From Nymphaea colorata (lineage: Eukaryota), in NCBI RefSeq assembly GCF_008831285.2, contig NC_045138.2, forward strand, positions 38,564,001 through 38,628,000: a DNA stretch of 64,000 nt, given 5' to 3'. Shown here piece after piece: positions 12,479-27,100 of this stretch (the stretch's first letter is position 1; each line of letters opens with the position of its first letter). Below the pieces are notes generated by a model. That model had not been told where the DNA came from. It made no database searches and was given only the letters and a program-made list of their open reading frames with translations. The translations under genes were made by a program, and so were the position numbers.

Positions 12479-14629
12479 ATGGACGCTGGCATGGCCGTCG
12501 GCGGAGGAGCAGCGTCTCCATGGAGAGGAAACGAAGAAGTGGATGAGCAAAGAGAGAAACCGACGGTGCCGCTCTCCCCTAAGCCGTCGCCACCCTCCTC
12601 CCATCGTCCACACCTCTCCGATCCCACCAACCTTGTTCGTTACTCTGCCACCACCGTCACCGGAGGAGGAGGAGGAGGCAGCGCTTCTCCCTGGAGAAGC
12701 AAGGAAGGGGCAGGGGAGAAGTCGACACTGCCCGTCGCTCCTTCCCCGCCTTCCTCGTATTCCAGCACCGCAAACACGTCCGCGATCGCGGTGAAAGGAG
12801 CGTCGCCTGTCGGGGGGTTCGCGGCGGTCAAGCCGGAGCAGGCGGAGACGCGTTTCTCGGCAGTAAGCGCGCCGGTGGTATCGAGGTTGGAAGCAGGAGG
12901 AGGAGGTGGAGGCGGCCGGGCGAGCGGGAGACCAGGAGAGGGGACGACGAGAGGTGTGTCGCCGCTAACGGCGCGGTGGAGGCAGGAGAGGCTGTTGGGG
13001 AGGGCGGAGTTGGGGTTGAGGGTCTGCGCTTTCCTCTTCTCCCTCATCTCCTTCTCTGTCATGGCCTCCGACAAGACGCAGGGCTGGAGCGGCGACTCCT
13101 ACTACAGATACGGAGAGTACAGGTTCAACTCTCCCTCTTTGATCATTTTTTTTCTTCTTCCCTTTAAAAATTCTGTTATTTTTGGGATGCTAAACTGAGT
13201 CATAATAACAATCCGATTAATATTAATAATTAGTTGGTAATTGAGTTTCAGTTTTGATCTGATTTGGGTACCATATGGGGATGTGTTATTGAACTTTCGG
13301 ATCCGAATCTGAACCATTTACCGCTTTGCAGATGTCCCTTTTGGACATAAGTTCTGAAAAGTGTTGCTTGATGCATGCCCTCGCTTTAAACTTTAAAACT
13401 AAAATGAACAGAGCTCAATTTGCTTTTAGTAATTAAAAGTTCATATTTTATTTATAGGGTAAAATAAATTCCATCTAGTTGGGGCTTCTCGAATCTCAAG
13501 ATGTCATCTTAGATGCAGTGTCCAGGATACTTTGTCCTATCTTCCACACACCCTCATGTCTAGGGCACCTCATCCTCACTCTCAAAAAAAAAAATGTCCT
13601 TATGCATGTTTTCACTGGACCCTGTCAGTGATCTCACTGTTGAAAGGGAGAGGACAAGAGGAGTACGCGATCACAACTGTGAACTAACTTGTTATATCGA
13701 ATTTAAATCGAGCTTCTTGGAGCTCAACATAGAAGGAAGCCCACCTTTAGAATTGCTCAATATTCAATTGAGAATAGCAAATCAGATCAACACAAGAAAG
13801 ATAAGAGTAAAGATTAGGAAAGATGGGCATGAGCATTTCGAGTGGGCTCTTCCCTGGAAGATGAGATAAGTCAGTGGGCTCTTCGATCCATTACTGCATC
13901 TTATCTTCTTGCAGGCCTTGTCCTCAATAATTTGGATATTGATTTTAACTAAAGAAACAATCCAACTGTGTGTTCAGTTCAAATGAAACAATAAGTATGA
14001 CCTGAGAGCACACAGATGGTAATCCATTATCTTAATCGAATGGAGTACGTTCAGTTCCTTTTCCACCAACTGGGACCTGTGTTTTAGAAGGTAGAGCGCA
14101 CCTCTGGGCTGTCACTGATCTTCACTCACTCTCAAGTAGCGGATGGCTGCAGGTACGTGGTGGGGGTGAATGTCATCGTGTTTGTGTACTCTGGGGTCCA
14201 GATCATGGCGTACGTTTACCGCTTTTCTGCCGGAAATCTCGCCCTCCGACGTTTCACCATCTGCCTCGGCTTCGCCGCCGACCAGGCAAGCTCCTTTCCG
14301 ACTCTCTTTCCGTGGCTAAAAAAGATAGATTGCTGAGAAATAACCACTTATGTATTCATCACTTATTTAAAGTTGGTTTCTTTTTTATTGGATCATGTGC
14401 TCGAGTCTTTTGGAATGAACAGTATTCGTTGCTGATGCAGATTCTGGCGTATTTGTTGATGTCGGCATCGTCTTCGGCAGCATCCCTTACAGAGGATACG
14501 CAGGCTCTGTGGGGGAAGGATCCCTTCACCAACAAGGCCGGCGGTTCAGTAGCCATCTCCTTCTTCGCATTCACAGCACTCGCACTGAGCGCCTTGACCT
14601 CTGGCTACCATATGTACAACTGTTTGTGA
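12479..14629 (+). CDS. CASPL4A: CASP-like protein, subfamily 4A-like (DUF588/MARVEL-related four-TM protein with long disordered N-terminus)
   Basis: Exons 12479-13122, 14153-14285 and 14441-14629. Motifs LGLRVCAFLFSLISFSVMASDKTQGWSGDSYYRYGEYR|YVVGVNVIVFVYSG and DQ|ILAYLLMSASSSA...WGKDPFT. The second intron is GC-AG. Confidence 0.9.
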
Positions 14630-17360
14630 TCATTTCTGCTTGTATATTAGTTTCTTTCAAAAAGTTCACACATATGAATAAGAGAGAGAGAGAAAGAGAG
14701 ACCCTTTGTTGGGTAGTCAAGGATACTAAAAGAGCCTACGAATTTTGGCTTTATGTTGCCATAAATCTTCAACTGATTATTCTATGTAAATAGAGAAAGC
14801 AGTGTTTTGATACTGTGGCAAACTCTCTCTCTCTCTCTCTCTTTCTCTTGCATATATGTATATGCATCTAAATTAAACCATCAACTTTGCTATGAAACTC
14901 AATCTGAAGAAGTTGAAGCCTTGGACATGACTCGGCCAGTTAACATGCAAGCTGCCAATTTGGTGAATTGGCAAAAAACATTTAAAAAATAATTTTAAAA
15001 ATAAATGAAAAATGTATAAATAATTAACTAATATAAAATAATAAATATATTAAAACCTCGAACTGATTCAAATTGAATCGATCTGCAACCTATTCTATCC
15101 GAATCCGCGAAGTTCAGGCAAAATGACCCCATTCTGATATTTTATCCTAGCCCAAGTCTGATGTGGGCGTTCAAAAAGGAAAGCTTGCGAAACATCATCA
15201 GAATTGATAATACGGTTTCAAAATTCATGTTGAGAATAGAGAATTTTTTGCTATAAATTTCTGAGAAACTACATATATGCGCAGAAATTAGATTGCTTGC
15301 AGCAACCAAACAAGTTTCCAGCAATCGATTTGTGTAGGTTTTACCTGAATCGAGTTAGGATTTTAGGTGTGATTTGAGTTCTGCTAGTGTATGCATCAGA
15401 TAGATTAAACCAATTTTGGCTCTCTTCATGATTGAGTCTCAGGTGGGGGTGATTTAAGCGTATCCCACACCCAAGAGAAACTTTCTTTCATCTTATTCGC
15501 AGTTACCTTATTATGTCTAAGAGTTAAGGCCAAAGAGAAACAGGGCTTTTATGCATGCTGCATCAAGCTAAGAGACCAAGCACGTCAATGGGTGTTGCTT
15601 AAACTTGATATAAATGCAAATCACAGACACGGATGGATGATATTTTCTTGTCTATGGATGTTATTTAAATGCCCCCTAAGTGATGGAAGGGGTTAAGGTA
15701 GAAGAAGACAAAGTGACAGCCATGGGGGTTGAAGGCAAAGTGGCAGCCATTGGAAATTGACAGTAGGCTAAGGGGCGTTTGAATGCCAGGGACAAACATC
15801 CATGGATAGAGATCCATAGAGTTTTTTTTCCATGAATGAAAATCCATGAACAAAAATCCGTGGACCAAAAAGTTCTCCGGTGTGTGATTTGCACTGGTAT
15901 GTAAGTGCGGTAATCTGTTTAATATAACATGGCTAAAAATTTTAAGTTGGCAGTTGAGAAGAGGAGTTGTCAACGGTAGCTGCGGAGCTAATCGAAGATT
16001 TCGATCCTTGATGTAAACTAGAAAACCCATGGAACCATTACTTCAATAATTTTGAGGCCCAACTCTTCTTCATTATATCAAATCTTGGTCTTTCAGACCA
16101 CAATGCAACAATTTAGAATCTAAAAAAACCAACTACAAAAGAATCTCCATTTAGAGTTATGGTAGAGTTGGTTCCCTTTGAACTTCCAGGTTATCAAATT
16201 TTACGAATCCCCATTCAGTTCTGTTACTCTGTAGGTGGCACTGAAAATAGAAATTTCTCATTATTGAACTGAACCGGAACACACATTTTTTTGGTTCGTC
16301 CGGTGCTAACCACTTGCAGGCACTTTGGTTATTGGCTTTCTGGCATCTTCTTCAGGCCTTTCAAGTAGGCCCCGATGAACCAGCATTCAGAATCAAAACA
16401 AGAGATTAGTTGAAATTGAGTGTGCGTCTGAAGATGATAGTGCCTTTGTGTAAAAAACAACCAGGATCATCTGTCAAAAATCAGAGTATCACAAGCCTCA
16501 GCCACAATCTGATCCTGGGGCACCACCACAGTCTCTTTGGCCACCAAAGGGTTCGAGGAGCACATTCCCGATTAGCAGCCAGTCGCTGCGTGCCAAGGTG
16601 GTAGTCGGACCGGCGATGCAGCCTCGTGGCCGTCCTCGCCAGTTAAGAACTCGGATGGCGCCCTTCCTCCAACCACCATGATTAGAGGAGGTCGAAGAAG
16701 AGGGAAGGGCGGCTGCCGTTCCTGCTCCCTCTCTCTTTTCCGGCACGTGGGTAGGAGGCGATCTGCCCTCCCCCTGCCTTTCCACTCCACACGCAGAGGA
16801 ACAAGGGTCGGGTTTCTAGCGGCTGCAGTTTCGGCTCCGTCCCTCTCATCCTCCATCCTCTGAGAAGGTGATGCTGCAACTGACCCCTTTTGAGACTATT
16901 GCACAGAATTGATTCTTTCCCCATTGCCAATTCCAGCCTTCATCTTCTTCTTCGATTTCGCCGGAACCCCATGTGAATCAGATGAACTCACCCTAAAGTC
17001 CTAAACGAGCGTTGACGGTGGGAGGGCAATAGCAGTTGCTGCAGGTGAAGATGAGACAAGTTGCTTGCTCTAACGGTAATATTTTTTTGTGCGCCGATAA
17101 ATATGGACCGGTTGAGGTCTGACATTTTATGCGGACAAACATCCGCGATTCTACTCTCCCGAGCAGATCAAACCGTAGAGCGATATACGATAAACAATCT
17201 GTTCGGTTTGGAAGTCGCCTAATGTCGTTGTATTTGTCATTTTCAATCTTGTTGAAATCATTAGCATAAGCAGATCAGATTTCTGCGATTGAAGCTAATC
17301 CAACTAAACTTGCTTATAAAATACATGGCGCTGCTTCTGTCTTGCAGAATACCTAAGTAG

Positions 17361-17493
17361 CTGAACAAGGATTAGATACGCTGATGCCAAGTCGTGCTTA
17401 GAGACTGAACAAGGATTAGATACGCTGATGCCAAGTCGTGCTTAGAGACTGAACAAGGATTAGATACGCTGATGCCAAGACGTGCTTAGACTG
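17361..17493. repeat. 44-bp x3 tandem repeat
   Basis: ctgaacaaggattagatacgctgatgccaagtcgtgcttagaga at 17361, 17405 and 17449; the third copy is slightly diverged. Confidence 0.95.
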
Positions 17494-19199
17494 TACACGT
17501 CGATTAGCTCCTGTTTAGACTGGATTAGCCTACAGATTACAGGTCTCTCACATATCGGGTCACCAAGAACGTACAAGCCAGAACATCGGCGAGGTGAAGA
17601 AACCGAGCTCAAGAGTGGCGGCACATCCCATTTATATGTTTCTCAAGGATCACCGCTAGTCTAAGGAACTAACTTAGAATGAGAATCCAAAATGTGTCTT
17701 CAAAATCATGGGTCTGCAAGCTTGCATGGATAAAACCCAGACAAGAAAACAACAATTATAGAAACAAACTGCAACAGCATTGAATGGCATGCCCACATAT
17801 TCGATCAGATTGAGAAAAAGCACAGCAGACAGATGATGGAGCACAAGGTTCAGCAAAGAGCGAGGGAGGTGGACCTTTTCATGGTTGTGCAGCAACAGGA
17901 GAAGCGTCATCGAAAATTCAGTCGCACCATCTTTTTCCTACTTTTGTTTGAAGACCACAGTTCAACAAATCGACAAGAAGAAGAAGAAATGGTGTTGAGA
18001 GCCCCATGAGGCCACACCTTTTAGCGCTATACTCCACGAGAGTCCAAACCTGCGAAACCAAGAGACGAAGAAGAGAAATAAGAACAGGAGGAAGAAGCCT
18101 CTTCTTGAGAGAGAGGACAATCCAGCGGACTCAGGTAACCTGGGGGAAGTCGCCGGAGAAGTTGCAATGGTTTTCCACGAGAGCCGGGGTCGAAGTTGCA
18201 ATGGCTTTCCAGGACAAGTTGTCGCAAACATTTTGTTTGAGACAATAATAGACAAACGTGTCTACTGGATCTACGGGTCGGATCGGCAGGTTCACAACGG
18301 CCCCCACTATTCTTTGTCGTCGGGCCCCTCTCGCGCTCTCGCTTTCTTCCCCTCCCTTCCCGTTGCGAAACCCAGGTTCGTGGCACCCGCCGGCTGCTGC
18401 ACCAGCCGCTAACCGTGTAATTGGCTATCGAGAGCGCGTCAGAGGTGAGTGACCCAAGTCGATTTTCACTGAAAGCAGATGTTTACAGCTTCCGGGCTCT
18501 GCTTCTCCTCGCTGATGCCTGTTTAATGTGTAATTATGTATGGAAGCGAGGTGAAACTGAGAATTGGATATTAGACATATTTTTGGGGTTTCTTGTGGTG
18601 GAAGCGCCTAAATTTCTCTCTGCTTCCGCAAAATCGTAATGTTCTTTTGAAATGTTAATGCATCTGAGGTTGTCTTGTTTATTTTACACCCACCTACAGA
18701 TGGGGAAGTATCTGGGCGGATTACAATTGAAGCAATGACAAGGAAAACTTGGATGCAATGGTTGAAGCTAGATTTTTGTTTGTTTAATAATCTGTGATTG
18801 AAAAATATTGCTTCAACACATCTTGAGATAAGTTTGAAATGTCCGACGGCTTAGCTCGTGTGTTCCGATTGAGTTACAGGTCAAGACATTGTCTGCCATC
18901 ACTTGCCTTCCTTGATTTTCAAAGGCATTTTTCCCAGTGGACATATTTTCCTTGTTCCCGTTTAGTCTATTAAGTGCAATTTAAATGTACTCTCTTGTGA
19001 TTGTTTCGATGTGGATCTTTAGTGTGCGTTCTTACTGGTATTTAGCATGAAAGATTGATAACTAGGGTGTGTTTGGTTTTTTTTTCAGTTATGATGTTTT
19101 CTTGGGTTTTGTCTTTAATGCAGGAGCACTGATATCCAGTGTGTCAGGATCTGTGAATCATTCCAACTATTTTGGATTACCTTCTTGACTTTATTCAAG

Positions 19200-21639
19200 A
19201 TGTCGTTCATGAGAGGCGACCTGCTTACAAAGACAAGAAAACTCGTGAAGGGACTCGCAATAGCTGAACCTGTCTGGCTTAAAGCCATGGAACAGTACGT
19301 TTTTCTTCTGCATTACCAAACATTGGGTGTATTGCAATTCGAAATTCATGATTGCGGTTTTTGTTTCCTGGGAATTGATTTATACAGGGCACCGCCTGTC
19401 ACTTTCCCTCGAACTGATGCAAAAATTGAGAAGATTACGCTTCCTGAGGATGTATACGTCAAGAAGTTTTTCAAGAAGCATCCTGATTCTAAATATGAGG
19501 ATGCTATTAGGTTAGTTTTCTCCCTTTTTACAGTTAGAATATTATGTTCATCTATATTTTTTGGAGATTGTGGGAATGGGCTGGTTGGAAAGGTGAGGAA
19601 AGCCAAAACTGATTCTATACTTGAACAACATGATACTGATCTTTCTCCAAAGTTCAATATTAATTTTCCTAGGAACATGATGGTGAAGTGTACTTATCTA
19701 TCAAACATACTTTATCCTGAATGAATATTCTCACTCAGAGGGCTTAATGCAATAAAACAACGTGTATGTATGATACAAAATGAAAATAATCACAAATCAG
19801 TATATGCACTTCTGGAATATAAAAGATGAAATAAGCCTCGCACAACCAAAACAAACAGTCTAATCTTATATGCTTAGTAACCATCATCTTCCAATAAAAA
19901 GTTTTGTTTCCTAACTTGTGTGCAACATAATGAAATGTTTTCCCATTTGCATAGTGATTCTAATCATGAGTAGGATACACACTCTCTCTCGCATTCATGA
20001 ACTGAGACCATAATCGATGTTGCTTTTGCTAGTCTAAATTTCTATTGACGTAGATATTGTTAGCAATGCATGAACAAGAACCTGCAACTCCTTATATGTA
20101 ATATTTGATCAAAATATGTTTTTTCTTGTGCATTCTAGCACTTAAGCCAATATGCACTACACTGACCCCCAATAAATCACTTTATATATATAGATATAAC
20201 CACTGTTCTTCAGACTAAGTACATCTGCTAGCTTTAGAGAATGTATACTTCTTTGATTGTTTTGCCTTATTAACTTGTAGCCAAAAATCAATCTTCCTAA
20301 AGAATGAACATGCTTCAATTAATCCTCAAGGCTCAGATTTTAGCTTTTGAGAATGTATTATTCTTTAATGATTTTGTCTTATCAACTTATAGCCGAAAAC
20401 CTTTAATCTTTCTAAAGTTCATACTCCAACTAATCCGCAAGCTCAGACCTTACTGTTGGACAGATGATTATGTGTTCCACGTTAAGCACATGCTAGTAGA
20501 CGTAGCTTTATTGCACAGCCACTTGCACACATAACACAGATGGCATGCTCTGTGATCCTAGTTTATGTTGGTAACAATGTTGCTGGGTTTGATTTCTGAT
20601 TCGGATGCTAGTCTTGCTGCATTTTCAACTGATTTTAACTATTATTTGAATCAATGAATCCATAGTCAATTCATATATATCATCTCTATTTTTTTCAATT
20701 GACATGTTATTAAGTTTGATTTGCCACTTATGTGTGCTGCTTAAGGAGGACCTCCTGGGAAAAGATCTGATATGAACCTAATCAAATTAAAATACTGTCA
20801 AATTGAACTCTTGGTCCAATAATGGTTTGGTTAATATATCTTAGGAATGAAGTTAAGTTCGGTCCAGAAAGGATGCCCATCCTGTCTGATCCATGAGCAT
20901 CATCTATCTACTCTTTTGTGATGCCTCTTCTGACTAGTTCAAACTTGAAAGACTTATGGTTTCGCATCTGGTTTCTCCATCTTCTATGAGGCTTAACTTC
21001 TTGTTTTTTCCGTCAATAGAAATCCCCTTCTTTAAATGGGATTTTTGTCTTGCTGTTTTCTTATTTAGAGTCAAACTCTCTGATACTTTATCCAGTTTGG
21101 TTCTTCCTTACATTAGCGTTTAAAAGCTCTGTAGGTTTAATGGTTTCGATCCTCCACCTGCACGGGTTTTTGGCTGGCGTGTGCTCGAGTTAAAAGAACA
21201 AGGAGTTGGTGAAGAGGAAGCAATGGCAGTCGCTGATGTATGTGACTCTTTTCCAAGTATTAAGTATTTCCTTCTAAGATGGTTCAGCTGTTTTTTGGTC
21301 TTTTCAAGTATGCAATTGCCTTATTTTGTTTGAGGACTTTCCATTCATTTAACCATGAAGTTGATTAAGCATATAATTACAAAGGTCTAACTATGTGAAA
21401 AGTATTTTTGAGAGTTATCTGTTGCATGGCATGCATCTATTTGGTAACCAATCATTGAACTATTTTGATCCAACAAGCTGATTAGTAAAAGAGACATGTG
21501 ATTTCATTTATGAGAAGCAATCAATATTGTTCATGAAGGATTTACATGAAAATCTCCATATAATTCAGACGGGTATTTATTTATAAGGCATTACCAAAGC
21601 CTGTGCTGGGCTTCAAATTTGTGTATTCTCTACATAATG

Positions 21640-21671
<32 letters not shown>

Positions 21672-22607
21672 ATTTGTTATAGGCTATTGCTATGTCGTTG
21701 GACCTCCAGTACTATTTATTTGATTCTGCAGTAGCTCGATGCAAAAAGGATTCCAAAAAATAATTTAATAGGTTTAGTTCCAGGTTGATACAAATTGTAG
21801 ATTTTTTGTTGGTACTGAATATAACCTGGCATGTTTCCATCCCTATCATCAACTGCTAAAACAGAGTGTTACTGAAGTTTTGAGTCAGCGGGCAGTCCTT
21901 TTATACTGAATATACTTTGCTGCGTGATCACCCTACAGTATTCCTGTGAACTCTAAAATTTGACAAACCATGTAATAATCTTGTGGATGATTTTCTGCAC
22001 ACGTTATAAGCCAACCAAATCATGGACCCCAGATATTTTTAGTTTTAATTATTTGGATGCTTGTAATTTGTAAAGCTTATCAAATCAGGTAAGGAAAATG
22101 CATTAACCACTGAACCATGACACTCCTCAAGCATAACACTTTGACATTGATCCAAATTGTCTTTAACATTTCAATAACAGTTTCATCAACTGTTTCTGAC
22201 CTTCTCTTTCCGTTTTGAGCCCCAACGGTAAAAAAAAAATTCCATGTTTGATGAAACTGTAAAAATTTTGAAAATTTGAATTACATTTCTTGTGCTACAG
22301 TAAAATTCCAGCCTATCAAACGCTACCTTAGTGTTAGTCTGAGGCACTTTCCTGTTGCTCACAGATGGAATACCGTGCTGAGAAGAAAGCAAAGAAGAAG
22401 GCCTACGTCAGACTGAAGCAACTTGCACGCCTTCAAGGGAAGAAACCTCCTCCAAATCCATATCCCAGTGCTGTCAAGGAAATCCAAGCAGAGGAAATGA
22501 AGTATGTCCGTGATCGTTTTACCAACCCGAAGATTCTTGACATTGTGAAGAAGATGAAGGAAGAGAAAGCTGCGAACATGGCTGAAAGGCGGCAGGGTGG
22601 CTGGTAG
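19200..22607 (+). CDS. mS23: Mitochondrial small-subunit ribosomal protein mS23 (Rsm25/At1g26750-like)
   Basis: Exons 19200-19294, 19388-19510, 21135-21237 and 22365-22607: MSFMRGDLLTKTRKLVKGLAIAEPVWLKAMEQ|APPVTFPR...LPEDVYVKKFF...R|FNGFDPPPARVFGWRVLELKEQGVGEEEAMAVAD|MEYRAEKK. A probable 5'-UTR intron spans 18445-19123 (AG|gtgagt...tgcag). Confidence 0.85.
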
Positions 22608-24141
22608 CAGGATATATGCAAATTAGCTGGACATGATACGAAGGTTTTTGCCATTTTTTGGCTGCACTAGATTGTGTTTCACCCCTCTTCTCGAAGTTTT
22701 AGATGTCGGATTCGGATTCAATTTTTGCCTTTAAAAGTCGGATAACAGTGTTCTCGTGAAGATGGAAGCTCTTTGTGTCTAGAAAATCAATACTTTTCTA
22801 TAAGGTTCACCCATAAGAACCCCAGATCATATTTTGTACGATCGACTGCGGTTTTATGTGCTGATAAATCTAAGATAGTTGATTTTGGAATTAGCTGTAT
22901 CCTTTATGATAATTAATTTATTGGGATTCAAAGGTAAATGAAGAAAAGTATACAAATCTAACTCTTAACGGCTGAATTTGAGTTCCGATGCAAATTCACG
23001 GGGAGGAAACTTTTAAATACAATTTGAATTGTATTATTAAATATTAAATATAACATTCAAAATTTACGAATATTGAATATAAGGTAAACCGAATCTGAAT
23101 ATGACCAGATGTCTTTTTAAATCTGAATCTGATCCAAGCTTTTAGTGAGATGTCATATATATATATATATATTGAAGCAATATTCGATTACATATCTGGT
23201 CTCGATCCAATTGAATGCACCTGCCCACGGATGAAATTCGACGAAAGCTTTTGTCGGATGTCTTATCGTCCGCCCTTATCTCTCTGGGTTTTGTTGCTTA
23301 CCGTGGATTTAATGCTGAAATTTAGAATTGTGCACAATCAATTGTAAATGATTTTTCAAAGAAATATATATATCGCCCATTTTCATTGGCCGCATAGTGA
23401 ATCTGGATGATGCAACTCAAGGCTTTTAGTTCTTGGATTGCATCTATTGATCTAACGCGTAGGAATATGCTGTCAGAAAAGGAAAACATTTTGTTCAGGG
23501 ATCAAGTTGATCTGCTGAATCAAAGCCCCCCCAAAGCAAACATGGCTTTTGAAAAGAAAAAATTCAGCCTTCGGAGGCCTGTAACTTGGTAGAAGTGATT
23601 TGTCAACGTCACAAGCTACTGGAATATAAAAGAAAAGAGAAAACTTCATTTTGTGGAACCTTCAGTTAATAATTTTTTTTTTTTAAAAAAAAAAGAGAAT
23701 GGCAGCGACAACTTATTTTTCAATATCATTACATTGTCACTATCTTTGCTAATAACTTTGGGTTTTCAGGTTAGCAAAAAGTGTACTCTAAGCAATTATT
23801 TACCAATTATTCTAAAAAAATATAACCCCTCTTCGAAAAATTATACTGGCATATGAATGATATGAACCTTAACTCAATAACCTGATTTTACAAACTGTTC
23901 AGACTCCGCTTGAGTCAAAACTGAAGCAAATGCACGCTAACTCACAAATCTCCTAGCCATTAGAGAGACCGTATTCTTTTATTTCCTACAAAGTCACGGA
24001 TGCAAAGATTACAAGAGCATTGTTTGCACCGGAAGGAATATCAGACCACCAAAATGGTCAAAACAAAAAATGAGAGAGAGAGAGGGAGAGAGAGCGCAAG
24101 CCTTTACAGGCTCAAAAAAGCAGAAAAGAGACCTGCATATA

Positions 24142-27100
24142 TCAGAAACGAGATGGAGGAGATTGATCAGCAGACAGACGCATATCTGGAGTGGTGGTGG
24201 CTGATGATCCTTGATTATGACCACCGCTGCCAACCGCATCTGGCTCCCCTCCACCACCTGTAATGACCCCAATCTCTATATCCCCATTGAGACCACCATT
24301 CTCTGTGCGAGCAGCAGGAGGAAGCACACCATGCAAGCCCAGTACGTTGCTAATTTGCGACGCAGATGTTGCAAGCCCATAACGTGCACTTCCATTGATC
24401 ACAGTGCTCCCAGAAGGTCGACCAGAATCAGCACGAATGTTGTTCAATGCACTTAGATCAAGATTGGGGAATACAGAGCAACGACACCGTGGGCATTTCA
24501 CATTCAGGCGAAGCCACTGATCAATGCACTCCATATGAAAGTTGTGAGCACAGGGTAGTCCACGAACCTGCATTTTACATCCAAATAATTCAAACAGAAC
24601 ATCTCTTTAAACAGGAAAAAACAACTCGGTGCACAAATACAAGACTATGGGCACCAGCATTTTATATTTTTCTTCTGAAAGTGAATACATGTTGATCTAT
24701 GAGCAACCAGTAGCCAAACCATATTCAATGCAGAACCCAACAGCTTATGCGATTACATGCATCAAGGTTCTCGAATAAAAGGGAGAACCACCATAACTCG
24801 TTCGTTTGCTGCTTTTTTAATTTATTTTGCTCCTGTTCGTAGAAAATCCTGTAGGTCATTAAAATATCCTCTTTCTCGCTTACCTTTTTTTTTTCAGCTT
24901 ATTTTGTCTTTGTAAGTTGAAGATCCTGTAAACCATTGCAATAATCTTTCCAACGAAAATGAAAAAAAAAAAGGTGGATATGCCATGGATATCCGTTCAG
25001 AGCATTTATAAGAAGTGTAGAATCAGTAGATAACTATCACAAGTACATTAGATTCTACCTCATTACCAACACGAAACTCTTCAAGGCAGATTGGGCACTC
25101 GCTGCAATCTGTGGGGACAGCCTTCAGCCGGAACTTGGGGAGTTCTTGAATAAGTGCTTCCACAGCTTCTCTCTGTCCAAAATAATTCTTGTTATAATTG
25201 GCGCAATCAATGCTTGTATCAACAATTTATAATCAAAGTTTGTATCAACAATTATTAGTATAGAATCGGCAAAAATGTTCATCAGGAAAAAGGTCTTAGA
25301 GCCATTGAACATCAATAAACCAACTATTGAAAACCTGTGTTGTGCTCAAATACAATCCAGGATGGTAGGCAGCTGCATCTTGACCCATTCCTCTCAATTC
25401 CTGGCCAGCAGCCTCAAATGCCCACTCGGGAACGCGGATCATATCTACCAACACCTGAGATGAGATGACAGAGAGACAACAGTGAATATGGGGGACTGAC
25501 TCCAGAGAGCAATAACCAGTTTCGGTGTCGAGGTAAATCATTTCAAAGAAAATTATGGAGAGAACAAGAATGTAATGTCTGCAATAAATCCTCGCGAAGA
25601 GATATCCTCTAAGAGCCTTTTTAATCATGTTTTCAAATTTTATTTCTTATTTTTAGTTAATAAGAACTGAACAGCCTAAATCAGCAGAACCAGACAAATT
25701 CGCAAACTGTGTTCAGTTCCTGTGCTGCTATGGTAAAAGCCCAAAACGAAGTGCCTCAGCCAATACAGGCCCATATGCATTGATACTGACAATATTACTT
25801 TCAAGTGCACACTACCAAGGAATCGGCCTTGAGTTTTACAAAAGCATACAACAAAAAAGAAAATATAAATTCTACATCCAAATTGCATTCAGGTTGCGCT
25901 TGCTTCTCAGCTATGATATCAAAGCAAACCTATGAAGCTTTACCATTGTTCCTTTTTCTCCTGGAGCTCTTTCAGTTCTGAAGGAAATGAAAGTCTACCA
26001 CATAATTGTCACAGAAAACGCGTTTTTTTCGAAAAAAAAAAAACAAAAAAACATGATAAATTAAATGGCCGTTCAAAATTTTAAAAAAAAACGTGTTTTT
26101 TTTTTAAAAATGTTCAAAACGAAGAAAACACGTTTTTTCACATTTTTCACGTTTTTTTCACGTTCTTTTCAAATTTTTTTCACTTTTTTCACTTTTTCAG
26201 TTTTTTTAATGCCAAACAGTTTTTTTTTTCATTTTCTATTTTTTATTTGTTGCAAATCTCCTTATCTTTTGATGTTTGTGTTATTACTTTCTCACTTATT
26301 TTATTCTTTCCCCATTTTTAGTTTTTTAAAATTTTTAAAAATTTACCGTATTTTTGCTTTTTTTTCAAACTCGCGGTATTATACCCAAGAAAAACCTCAC
26401 CGTTTAAAACTCCGAGATGTTATTTGTGACTATTAACTCGTGACGTTTAAACTCAATCATAGTAGAACATTTCATGAATTTATGAGGTGTACAATGTGCA
26501 GCACCAAAGTGATCTTACAACAATATGTATAACACAGTAGAACTTACACCATATTCTGAAATTGGAATCCCCTGTTGGGCACGTTGTAGATGAGCTTGCC
26601 TTCGTTTCAGCCACTACAAAGAAAACTTATAATTAGAGTGGTAAAAAATGATAGCTTGTACACAGATTTCTCAATGAGCATTTGCAGTTTGAGTAGGGAT
26701 GTTCAATGAGTGGAGCCAACTTGGGCTCGACTCGAACTCGCTCGTATAAGCTCCACTCGAGCTCGACTCGTTTACTAAACGAGTCGAGTTCGAGTTTAAA
26801 TTAAAATCCGAGTAATAAAATGAGCCAAGTTCAAGTTTTAAGAGCTCGACTCGTTTAAACTCGACTTGGCTCGCATACGCTTCATTTTCATTTCTCGTGT
26901 TCTCTTTTTTTTCATTTTTTATTTCTCCTTCCCTCCCGCTCTCTCTCTCACTCTCCTTCTTTTTCTTCTTCCCTCCTTTTCTTGTGCTGCAACTGCACCT
27001 CCTCTCTCCCTCTTGCTTTCTCTCATGGGCTGCAACGGCATGTTGGAGGACAGAAGGAGGCACTTCCCTCTCACTCTCTCTCACATCTGTCTCTTTCTAT

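Noticed and set aside
17361..17493. CRISPR-like appearance of short regular repeats (also 34636-34886)
   Set aside because: Units abut with no unique spacers, there are no cas genes, and the context is eukaryotic.
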